A stretch of 60,650 nt of DNA from Anaerolineales bacterium. GTDB lineage: Bacteria > Chloroflexota > Anaerolineae > Anaerolineales > E44-bin32. This document shows, one piece after another, positions 47,639-58,055 of the stretch. Positions within the stretch are counted from its first letter, which is position 1, and each line of letters begins with the position of its first letter. The DNA lies in contig JBFFMI010000002.1 of assembly GCA_041554155.1 (NCBI GenBank), positions 1 to 60,650 on the forward strand. Reading direction: 5' to 3'. The position numbers were made by a program, and so were the translations under genes. The notes beneath the pieces were generated by a model. That model did no database searches and was not told the DNA's origin. It saw only the letters and a program-made list of their open reading frames with translations.

Positions 47639-48055
47639 ATGACCGAGTCGAATATTCAACTTGAAGCGGTAGAAACACTTACGATCACCCCTAACGCAGC
47701 CAAGCGTATACATCAATTGATGGAGGAGCGAGAACTTCAGGGGCACGCACTACGAGTTTTCGTTTCCGGCGGCGGATGTTCGGGCTTTCAATATGGAATG
47801 GCTTTCGAACCAGAACCACGTGAATCAGATTCCCGCTTCAACCACGAAAATGTCGATGTCGTGATTGATCCAGTGTCACTTGGCTATATGACAGGCGCTA
47901 TCATTGACTACGTGGATGATTTGATGGGTGGAGGTTTCAGTATCAAGAACCCGAATGCGGTCTCTTCTTGCGGTTGTGGCAACTCTTTCCGCACGGAAGG
48001 TGCCGCTCCCCATGCGGACCATGCTCCGGCAGCCGGTGGCTGTGGTTGCCACTAA
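47639..48055 (+). CDS. A-type Fe-S cluster carrier (IscA/ErpA/HesB family) with C-terminal Cys-containing extension
   Basis: 138 aa. GGGCSGFQY and CGCGNSF motifs, plus an extra ~20-aa tail ending GGCGCH. SD GGAGG lies upstream. Confidence 0.85.
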   Translation: MTESNIQLEAVETLTITPNAAKRIHQLMEERELQGHALRVFVSGGGCSGFQYGMAFEPEPRESDSRFNHENVDVVIDPVSLGYMTGAIIDYVDDLMGGGFSIKNPNAVSSCGCGNSFRTEGAAPHADHAPAAGGCGCH

Positions 48056-48115
48056 ATTACAGCTTCCCCGACGAAGCGAACCATTCGTGTACGTAGCTGC
48101 ATATGCTAGAATGAG

Positions 48116-48146
48116 ACAGCAGGTCATTACCGACCTGCTGTTTAGT
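48116..48146 (+). terminator. hairpin after the iscA-like gene
   Basis: 10-bp stem ACAGCAGGTC/GACCTGCTGT with a 6-nt loop, followed by TTTAGTT. It ends 2 nt before the next start codon. Confidence 0.45.
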
Positions 48147-48147
48147 T

Positions 48148-48531
48148 ATGGATAGCTACCCACGTTACTTCTCACTAGAACAAGCGAATCAATTGCTTGA
48201 AATCATTTCTCCGCTCGTTGCCGAGATGCTTGCCACTCGGGAAATAATCCTTGAACTACAGCCCAAATTAGAACCTGTTCTACAAAAAGCCGTGCATAAC
48301 GGCGGCAGCCTGATCTCAGCAGAGGCGCTAAAAGCCTTCGGGAAACTGAAAGATATCCTTTACCAAATTCAACAATATGATGTTTTTGTCAAGGATGTAA
48401 ACAGCGGTTTGATCGACTTCCCTTCCATTCGAGAGGGCGAAGTCATCTTCTTATGCTGGCAGTTTGGCGAGAAAGAGGTGGGGTTCTGGCACGAGCTCGA
48501 AGATGGCTTCCAGGGACGAAGGCCTGTTTAA
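48148..48531 (+). CDS. DUF2203-like protein
   Basis: 127 aa. The N-terminal YFSLEQANQLLEIISPLV pattern and size match my recollection of DUF2203. No SD is visible. Confidence 0.55.
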   Translation: MDSYPRYFSLEQANQLLEIISPLVAEMLATREIILELQPKLEPVLQKAVHNGGSLISAEALKAFGKLKDILYQIQQYDVFVKDVNSGLIDFPSIREGEVIFLCWQFGEKEVGFWHELEDGFQGRRPV

Positions 48532-48537
48532 GTGAGA

Positions 48538-49143
48538 TTAACCCCCGCGTAGAACCGAAATGATCGTCCCAACAACCCCGATCACAAGCAGTGCCAAAAT
48601 GGCGAGAATGGGCGGGAAACCCCCAGACCCTGCTGTATCAACTGCTTCGAAGGTTGGTATGGAGACTGGCTCTGCGGGGGTGAAGGTCGGCAACCGCGTT
48701 GCGGGGGCTTCACCAATATTGAATTGGGCTGCTAAAGTCGGATCGATCGTGGCAGTCACACGTGGGGTTGGTGTTGGAGGCGGTTCAATGATCGGTAAAA
48801 GGCGCTGACCGGTTTCCAGCACAACAAAGGGCGCATATACCCAGGCGATATTTCCTGGCACACCGGCATAGAAAATCTGGATCCATTCCCCGCCGGGTGA
48901 GCGGCCAAGCGCCGGAGCTGTCTGGCCAGCGATAAGGACGCCGACCTTCTCATAGTCCGTGCTCGGCCCGAGTCGAACGTTGACTTGCTCGGGTACAAGG
49001 ATGGTGGGACCTTCTGGTGTACCGGTCACCGTCGCGTCTTGCAAGCGTGGGGAAGCCCAGGCACCCGTAGTGGTGCTCAGGTTGAGAACCACCACACCTG
49101 CCAGGAGTATGATTGAAAATATTCGCGCAAAACGCTGTGTCAT
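48538..49143 (-). CDS. SH3b-domain protein with signal peptide and C-terminal TM anchor
   Basis: ATG at 49141-49143 preferred over the TTG at 49155. VNVRLGPSTDYEKVGVL..G..A...GRSPGGEWIQI is a bacterial SH3-like segment. Pro/Thr linker and a C-terminal hydrophobic helix. Confidence 0.6.
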   Translation of the reverse strand: MTQRFARIFSIILLAGVVVLNLSTTTGAWASPRLQDATVTGTPEGPTILVPEQVNVRLGPSTDYEKVGVLIAGQTAPALGRSPGGEWIQIFYAGVPGNIAWVYAPFVVLETGQRLLPIIEPPPTPTPRVTATIDPTLAAQFNIGEAPATRLPTFTPAEPVSIPTFEAVDTAGSGGFPPILAILALLVIGVVGTIISVLRGG

Positions 49144-49204
49144 TGCACCACCCAATCCGGCGGATTATACTACACCCTCCAATTCACGCAGGAGCAGCAT
49201 ACGC

Positions 49205-49816
49205 ATGCCAAAAGCAGCTATGGATCAAAAAACCTTTTACGGGGATATCAGCCCGGAAGATTTCGCCCGCGCTCTGATAGCCGAATTTAATCAGGGCAAT
49301 CTCATCGCCCGATCCATAGGAAGAGGTGCGCAACGGATCGTCCAGATCGCCTCACCCTCTGCGCCGTCTTCAGGAGGCCGCACCGCGATTACCGTTCACC
49401 TGACTGCAGTGGAAGATGGGGTCCATGTCCGTCTGGGCCAGCAGGATTGGTTTGGGGTGGCTGCGAGCCTGGGAATCAGCGCCCTGGCTACGCTACGGCG
49501 CCCCCTCAACCTGCTGCACCGATTGGATGACATCGCGCAAGACATCTCCTCCATGCAATTGACTATGCGCATCTGGCAGGCGATCTCCAACGCGGCCGAA
49601 GCATTGGGTGTTTCCCATGAGCTCTCCGACCGCCTGCGCCGGCTATCCTGTGACTACTGCCTCACTGCAAATCCGGTCGGCAACCCCCACTGCATCGCAT
49701 GTGGCGCACCGCTCGGGCCCAATCAGCCGGTGTCCTGCATCGAATGCGGCTTTTTACTCGAGGCGGACGACACACGCTGCCCCCAGTGCGGCACCACCCA
49801 GAATCATCCGCGCTAA
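49205..49816 (+). CDS. hypothetical protein with C-terminal double zinc ribbon
   Basis: Trimmed to the ATG at 49205 (alternative 49220), because the longer ORF is antisense to the SH3 gene. C-terminal CDYC...CIACG...CIECG...CPQCG. Confidence 0.55.
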   Translation: MPKAAMDQKTFYGDISPEDFARALIAEFNQGNLIARSIGRGAQRIVQIASPSAPSSGGRTAITVHLTAVEDGVHVRLGQQDWFGVAASLGISALATLRRPLNLLHRLDDIAQDISSMQLTMRIWQAISNAAEALGVSHELSDRLRRLSCDYCLTANPVGNPHCIACGAPLGPNQPVSCIECGFLLEADDTRCPQCGTTQNHPR

Positions 49817-49825
49817 CTTAAACGA

Positions 49826-49867
49826 AAACAACCCCAGAGCTGGAATGACCCCGGGGTTGCATTTTTC
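49826..49867. terminator. possible terminator between convergent genes
   Basis: CAACCCC...GGGGTTG arms followed by a T-run at 49862-49866, with an A-rich stretch upstream. The loop is long, so the call is weak. Confidence 0.4.
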
Positions 49868-49885
49868 GTAGACTACAAAGGCCAG

Positions 49886-50440
49886 CTACGCTGCCTGCAG
49901 CTGTGACTGTGCCAATTCCGCACCCTTTGCCAGCGCCTTCAAATTCGCGCCGAGTAAATTCCGGCGGTGTTCGGGTATGTGCCGACCCAGAGCATCCCCA
50001 ATCTGTTCGATCGTGAGGGGACCCATCCTGTCCATCAGTGCGCCCAGCAATACCAGATTGGCCATGCGCTTATCGCCTAGCTCTTCAGCGATGTCGATGG
50101 CTGGCACCAGGATGGTTTGAATATCTTCCCTCTCGGGATTGCGGTCGACGAGTGAAGTGTTCACCACCAAGTATCCATTGTCTCGAACCAGGTTCTCATA
50201 GCGCTCCAAGGAGGGGATGTTCATCACGATGATACCGCTTGGATTCTTTACGATGGGTGACCCGATCTCTTCATCGCCGAGAATCACCGTGCAGTGGGCG
50301 GTACCTCCGCGCATTTCCGGCCCGTAGGAGGGGAACCAGGTCACATGCAATCCCTGCTCCAACGCCGTGTAGGCCAGCAGCTGACCCGCAAATAAAGCCC
50401 CCTGACCTCCAAATCCGGAGATGATGATCTCTTTTTGCAT
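49886..50440 (-). CDS. 2-oxoacid:ferredoxin oxidoreductase gamma subunit (set 3)
   Basis: 184 aa. [14 protein letters not shown] motif. Confidence 0.85.
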   Translation of the reverse strand: MQKEIIISGFGGQGALFAGQLLAYTALEQGLHVTWFPSYGPEMRGGTAHCTVILGDEEIGSPIVKNPSGIIVMNIPSLERYENLVRDNGYLVVNTSLVDRNPEREDIQTILVPAIDIAEELGDKRMANLVLLGALMDRMGPLTIEQIGDALGRHIPEHRRNLLGANLKALAKGAELAQSQLQAA

Positions 50441-50445
50441 GCTTC

Positions 50446-51228
50446 CTAGCCTTTACGCCCGTTCCCATCGGCACCCAGCACCTTGTAATCACCGAGCGGG
50501 TACATGGGGAGCATCTTATCCTTGATGAAATCCAACGATTCTTCTGGGGTAATTCCCCAATTTATTGGACAGCTCGATAGCAGTTCGACCATCGAGAAAC
50601 CCATACCTTTCACCTGAACCTCGAAAGCCTCTCGCACTGCTTTTTTGGCTTTGCGGATGTGCGCTACATCGTGCAAGCTGCGCCGGACAACATAGGCGGC
50701 ACCGTCCAACTGGGAAAGAATTTCAGCCATCTTCAGGGGAAAACCATGAGATTCGATATCCCTCCCCAGCGGCGTTGAAGTGGTTTTTTGGCCGGGGAGC
50801 GTCGTCGGCGCCATCTGCCCCCCGGTCATGCCATAAATCGCATTATTGATGAAGATCACCGTTATGTTTTCACCCCGGCCTGCCGCATGAAGAATCTCTC
50901 CCGCTCCAATAGAGGCGAGATCACCGTCACCTTGGTAGGTGAAGATGATTGAATCCGGGCTCACCCGTTTCAGTCCGGTAGCCATAGCAGGTGCGCGGCC
51001 ATGCGCCGCTTCGGCAAAATCCATGTTGAAGTATTTATAGGCGAATACAGAACAACCTACCGGGGCGACACCAATCGACTTTTCCCGCAAGCCCATTTCA
51101 TCCAGAACCTCTGCGACGAGGCGATGAGCGGTTCCATGCGTACAGCCGGGGCAGTAATGTGTGCCTATGGTGGTGAGAGCTTCCGGTTTGCTATAAATCA
51201 GCGTTTCGACGAGCGATTCTTCCGTCAT
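50446..51228 (-). CDS. 2-oxoacid:ferredoxin oxidoreductase beta subunit (TPP-binding, set 3)
   Basis: 260 aa. YCPGCTHG and GDGD...[11 protein letters not shown] motifs. Confidence 0.88.
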   Translation of the reverse strand: MTEESLVETLIYSKPEALTTIGTHYCPGCTHGTAHRLVAEVLDEMGLREKSIGVAPVGCSVFAYKYFNMDFAEAAHGRAPAMATGLKRVSPDSIIFTYQGDGDLASIGAGEILHAAGRGENITVIFINNAIYGMTGGQMAPTTLPGQKTTSTPLGRDIESHGFPLKMAEILSQLDGAAYVVRRSLHDVAHIRKAKKAVREAFEVQVKGMGFSMVELLSSCPINWGITPEESLDFIKDKMLPMYPLGDYKVLGADGNGRKG

Positions 51229-51248
51229 CTATGCACTCCTAAAGCGCA

Positions 51249-52313
51249 CTATCCCATCTTTTCAAATGTGAGCTGGATCTGTTCAAGGACCTCATCAGGT
51301 AGAGGGACTACGCCCCCCATACGGCCATAAAAATCAACGGGGACTCTACCTTCTACTGCCAGGCGAACGTCCTCCAGCATTTGTCCGCCATTCATCTCCA
51401 CAACGAGGATGCGTTTAACTTTGCCGGCGACGTCAGCAATCGCTTGCTCAGGGAACGGGTACAGCGAGATCGGGCGCAGCAAACCAACTTTCAACCCATC
51501 TGCCCGAGCCTGGCGGATTGCGGATTGTGCGATCCGACCGGCTGTACCAAAAGCGATAATCGCCATGTCTGCATCCTCCAGATCACTTTCCTTGTAACGC
51601 AATTCACTGGCCTCGATTTGCTTCTGCTTTTCCACCAACTTGAGGTTGAATACTTCTTCTTCTACGGGGTCTATGTAGATCGAGGAGATCACATTCGGGT
51701 CACGATCCTTTGCTCCCGTGAGTGCCCAATCCGGTCGATCTTCCAGTTTACGGACTTCCTTCATCGGTGGGAGCTCAGCCGGTTCCATCATCTGACCCAG
51801 GCAACCATCTGCTAAAACGACAACGATACAGCGGTATTTCTCAGCAATATCGAAAGCCTCGACAGTAAGATCGATCAACTCCTGGATCGTTGCCGGTGCA
51901 AGGACCACCTGGCGGTAATCTCCATGCCCCCCACCCTTAACCATCTGGAAGTAATCTCCCTGAGATGGCGCGATATTACCCAGACCAGGGCCACCGCGCA
52001 TGATATCCACCAATACAACCGGGACTTCAGAACCGGCAATATAGGAAAGACCCTCCATCATCAAGCTCACACCTGGGCTGGAGGAGGATGACATCACCCT
52101 TACGCCAGCACAGGCAGCACCATAGACCATATTGACTGCTGCAACTTCGCTTTCAGCCTGCAAAAAAACCCGCCCAAGTTCTGGCATCCGGGCGGACATG
52201 TGCTCCAGCGCTTCAGTTTGGGGGGTAATGGGATAACCAAAGTAGGCTTCGCATCCCGCCCGTATCGCTGCTTCCGCAAACGCGACATTGCCTTTAAGTA
52301 GTTCCTTGGCCAA
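51249..52313 (-). CDS. 2-oxoacid:ferredoxin oxidoreductase alpha subunit (set 3)
   Basis: Start set to the TTG at 52311-52313, 6 nt after AGGAGG ([12 protein letters not shown]...). The track extension to 52424 would overlap the delta gene. GYPITPQTE and [13 protein letters not shown] motifs. Confidence 0.85.
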   Translation of the reverse strand: MAKELLKGNVAFAEAAIRAGCEAYFGYPITPQTEALEHMSARMPELGRVFLQAESEVAAVNMVYGAACAGVRVMSSSSSPGVSLMMEGLSYIAGSEVPVVLVDIMRGGPGLGNIAPSQGDYFQMVKGGGHGDYRQVVLAPATIQELIDLTVEAFDIAEKYRCIVVVLADGCLGQMMEPAELPPMKEVRKLEDRPDWALTGAKDRDPNVISSIYIDPVEEEVFNLKLVEKQKQIEASELRYKESDLEDADMAIIAFGTAGRIAQSAIRQARADGLKVGLLRPISLYPFPEQAIADVAGKVKRILVVEMNGGQMLEDVRLAVEGRVPVDFYGRMGGVVPLPDEVLEQIQLTFEKMG

Positions 52314-52324
52314 ACCTTGCCTCC

Positions 52325-52576
52325 TTATGCAATTGCGGCAACTGCTTTTCCTTCTTGCACCCAACGATACACGGTAATCGCCGCATCTGGACAAATTACG
52401 GCACAGATAGCACAACCTGTACATTCACCATCAGGATCGATTAACGCAGCAGGATGGTAGCCTTTCGGCGTAAAGCGATCCATCGCCATCTCAATTAGAT
52501 CTTTTGGGCAGACGCTGGTACATAATTCGCAGCCTTTGCAAAGATCCTCACTAATAACTATCCTGCCTCTGGCCAT
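52325..52576 (-). CDS. 2-oxoacid:ferredoxin oxidoreductase delta subunit (2x[4Fe-4S], set 3)
   Basis: 83 aa. [12 protein letters not shown] and [12 protein letters not shown] motifs. Confidence 0.85.
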   Translation of the reverse strand: MARGRIVISEDLCKGCELCTSVCPKDLIEMAMDRFTPKGYHPAALIDPDGECTGCAICAVICPDAAITVYRWVQEGKAVAAIA

Positions 52577-52818
52577 ACAACCTCCTCACATTTCAATAGT
52601 TACGATAACTTTGGTTGCTGGTTGCTTCCAGTGCAAACCGTCATAAGCCTACGGGTCAATCTTCCTATAATCGGAGATGTTCTGTCCAGTTCAGGTTCCA
52701 TGGAGAATGGCCCGATGCTCATTATGGTACGTCATCGGCATCTTTTTTCCAATTCCAGCCCTCCTTGCTACCAGGAATCCTGAATGGCTATAGCTATATT
52801 GGGTATGGGTAAAGATGA

Positions 52819-54285
52819 TTATGAGGGTGGATTGAAGTAGTTGTAGGCTGCGCGAGAAAGGTCGGCCACCAGTCGTGATGTGGGTTCCCATATCATCTCC
52901 TGCTCATTCCACAGGAATATCGAGAGCGTATAGTCCCCACCCGGCGTGAAGACGATGCCAGCATCCCCAATCATATCCAGGGGTGAACTCCGCCAACCAT
53001 GCTTGTGCGCAACCCGGGTGCCTTCCGGAACACCACCTTTAAGCAGCGTGCCCAGAACGTTTGCTGAGAGCAGATCGAGCATGCGACTACACTCCGCCGG
53101 CGTAATTTCGTCTGGAAAACGGGCCAAGAGCGCGCCCCCGCCTTGGGCACAGGCATAGATATCCGTGAGCAGCATACTGATGTCTGAAGCCGTTGTCTGG
53201 GTATACGGGTCCGGGCTGGTATCGATATCAAAGCGCTGGTTAGCTGGCGTCCGATAGATTTGTAGGATCGGCGCGCCCGGGAAGTAGTACCCCGCAAGGA
53301 AGGTGTTCTCAAAACCGAGCTCTCTCAGCGTTTCCGTGACGACCAATGGCCCGCGCTGGAGATCGATCTGCTCCATCAACCAATCAGAGGGGTCGTTTCC
53401 GGATTCTTCGATCATCTCTTCAACCCAGCGGGCGGGTTCTGGTGCGAGGGGTTCATCAAAGTAGCGATAGAAGGCCGTAAGTATGCTGATCTTATTGATC
53501 GATGCACCGGAGAACGCGATATCCGGCTCAAGATCGACCTCCTGCCCCCCAAGAGTGCCAAAATGTAGCGTTTCTCCTGTACGCAGGTCTGTGAGGTAGA
53601 GCACCACAAGACCATTGAAGTCGGTAACTTCAATTACCTGCTTGAAGAGGATTTCGAGTGTTTCGAGGGTTGGCTTCGCCGGACCTTCGTTGACGATCGG
53701 CAGGTTAGCACTGCGCCGGGATGCCGACTGAAGAACCGCCGCCACCAGGTTTACCCCCCGGCCAATATCTAAAACTCGCCCTTGCGTGCCAGGTTGGAAA
53801 TTCGGGGTACCGGGGATCGGCTCTGAACTGGTTGGCGGCGTATCGTACCTCGCAGCGATATCACTCAGCGCGTTTTCGAGCTGACTGCTCGAAAATTCCG
53901 ACTTGAGCGGAATGCTCACGGCCTGTCCCGGCCGATTCCATAGAAAATCCCAGAAGCCCGTCCAGAACGATTTTTCTGTTCGTTCAAGCTCTGCCGCGGC
54001 CAACATCACATCCGTATCCAGGCGGAAGCCCACATTGGCAGGATTGAGCAGGATAATCTGATCTTCGTAATAAAGTTCGACCGGGGTGCTGAAGGTCTGG
54101 AGCAGCCTTTCACGGGCTTCGGCTTGTGTCGTATTGCCTACTGCGATCCCTGCGATCGACATCTGATCAGGTAGCAGTGCCCGATCGCGACTATAGGAAA
54201 ACAATTCAAAGAAGAACAGCGACGCGGCTGCCAATAAGAACGCGATCGAAATCCATCGCTGAATATTAGATCCCCTTCGCCGCAT
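52819..54285 (-). CDS. membrane-anchored serine hydrolase (class A beta-lactamase-related) with N-terminal YoaR/VanW-like segment
   Basis: 488 aa. N-terminal TM helix. SxxK-like SINK and KTG-like KHG motifs in the C-terminal half. Confidence 0.55.
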   Translation of the reverse strand: MRRRGSNIQRWISIAFLLAAASLFFFELFSYSRDRALLPDQMSIAGIAVGNTTQAEARERLLQTFSTPVELYYEDQIILLNPANVGFRLDTDVMLAAAELERTEKSFWTGFWDFLWNRPGQAVSIPLKSEFSSSQLENALSDIAARYDTPPTSSEPIPGTPNFQPGTQGRVLDIGRGVNLVAAVLQSASRRSANLPIVNEGPAKPTLETLEILFKQVIEVTDFNGLVVLYLTDLRTGETLHFGTLGGQEVDLEPDIAFSGASINKISILTAFYRYFDEPLAPEPARWVEEMIEESGNDPSDWLMEQIDLQRGPLVVTETLRELGFENTFLAGYYFPGAPILQIYRTPANQRFDIDTSPDPYTQTTASDISMLLTDIYACAQGGGALLARFPDEITPAECSRMLDLLSANVLGTLLKGGVPEGTRVAHKHGWRSSPLDMIGDAGIVFTPGGDYTLSIFLWNEQEMIWEPTSRLVADLSRAAYNYFNPPS

Positions 54286-54350
54286 GAAGCCTCCAAGCGC
54301 AGGAGTATATCATATCGAGCACACACCCCTGCGACTGCACCACTTGCCCC

Positions 54351-54980
54351 TTAGACGAACACGAGCAGCGGAAGCACATTCGCAAACGCATGTGCAGCCC
54401 AGGCTGACCAGAGATTATCGAATCGAAATTGAAGCCACCCAGCGAGCAGACCAAATCCAAAGACGCTGACCAGTGAAATCGCACCCTGTCCCAGATGGAC
54501 AGGATGCAGGCTGAACAGCAACGCCTGGAGCAGCGTACCCGGCCAGAGACCTAGCTTGCTGATGAGTGATCGCCCCAGATAGCCTCGGAAGAACGTTTCC
54601 TCGAGCAGGGGCACCCAAATCACAGCGCCGATGAGTCTGGTCATCCACGGATCGAGACTCGCTCCCAAGCTTAGTCCCCAGAGATTGAAGAGCAGGCTAA
54701 AGATGCGCCATAGACCACCTGCAACCATGCCCCATCCAACCGTTTTAAGGAATCGCTCGCGCCGATATCCCAAGCTACGTATTTGCCCGCGAGAGACCAA
54801 CAAGGTGACCCATGGCAGCAGGAGCAATACCATGGAGAACGCCGTATTAAGACCGGGCGCGGCGGGCCAGAACCCGAGAATGGCAAGGAGATCTACCAGC
54901 AGGATGATCACCAACCCCGGGATCACCGCTCGCAAAGGAAGAGATTGTTGTGGATTTCTTTGTGCCATCATCCGACTCAA
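54351..54980 (-). CDS. CPBP family intramembrane glutamic endopeptidase (CAAX protease-like)
   Basis: 209 aa. Multi-TM protein with an EETFFRGYL motif and a distal H motif. Confidence 0.8.
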   Translation of the reverse strand: MSRMMAQRNPQQSLPLRAVIPGLVIILLVDLLAILGFWPAAPGLNTAFSMVLLLLPWVTLLVSRGQIRSLGYRRERFLKTVGWGMVAGGLWRIFSLLFNLWGLSLGASLDPWMTRLIGAVIWVPLLEETFFRGYLGRSLISKLGLWPGTLLQALLFSLHPVHLGQGAISLVSVFGFGLLAGWLQFRFDNLWSAWAAHAFANVLPLLVFV

Positions 54981-55011
54981 TTTATCGGTTTATCGATGAA
55001 TTACCGTCGCC

Positions 55012-57690
<2,679 letters not shown>

Positions 57691-57740
57691 GCAAACCTCT
57701 CCATCCTTGTGTCTCACACAGATTTTCAAAGCATTTAAAC

Positions 57741-57768
57741 AAAAAACCTCCGTCCTTGAGGACGAAGG
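57741..57768 (-). terminator. intrinsic terminator of the valS T-box leader
   Basis: On the RNA: CCUUCGUCC-UCAA-GGACGGAGG (9 bp) followed by UUUUUU. Confidence 0.85.
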
Positions 57769-58018
57769 GCTGCAAACCTCCGCGGTACCACCTCATTACG
57801 TCACACATCACAGTGTGATCGCTCTCTGGTGCCTACTCGGCATGGCTATAACGGGCTCTCCCGCGCCGATCTACTACCGAAATTCGGGTTCTGCGGCGGG
57901 CGCACCGGGTGACGTTCGGCAGCTGCAACTGTGGGGGCTCTCAACCCATGGCCGCTCCGTCTCTGTCAGCGCTTGGCAGCCTACTCTTCCCAGTGATTTA
58001 CGCTCTCGTATGAAATTG
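57741..58018 (-). promoter_or_regulatory. T-box riboswitch leader, valine (GUC) specifier
   Basis: On the minus-strand RNA: stem I base CACUGGG/CCCGGUG; S-turn elements AGUA and GAA; specifier GUC followed by A (57911-57913); AGAGA-type distal motifs; F-box-like CCGUUA; T-box GGUGGUACCGCG (57781-57792) abutting the terminator. Confidence 0.85.
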
Positions 58019-58025
58019 TGCGTCG

Positions 58026-58055
58026 ATTATAGCAATAAGCCACTCAGGCCGTCAA
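58026..58055 (-). promoter_or_regulatory. candidate promoter of the valS T-box leader
   Basis: On the minus strand: TTGACG (58050-58055), 18-nt spacer, TATAAT (58026-58031). It overlaps the stop of the upstream kinase gene. Confidence 0.55.

Noticed and set aside
52314-52424. N-terminal extensions offered by the ORF track. Affected regions: OFOR alpha set 3 (52314-52424), 2921-3010 etfB, 37110-37169 OCD, 26070-26165 SanA-like, 26608-26799 HD, 48959-49204 zinc-ribbon, 36073-36117 membrane protein, 47385-47396 nuoB, 57691-57729 valS.
   Set aside because: The extensions overlap upstream genes or lack homology-like sequence. Internal starts have proper SD spacing and give family-typical N-termini.
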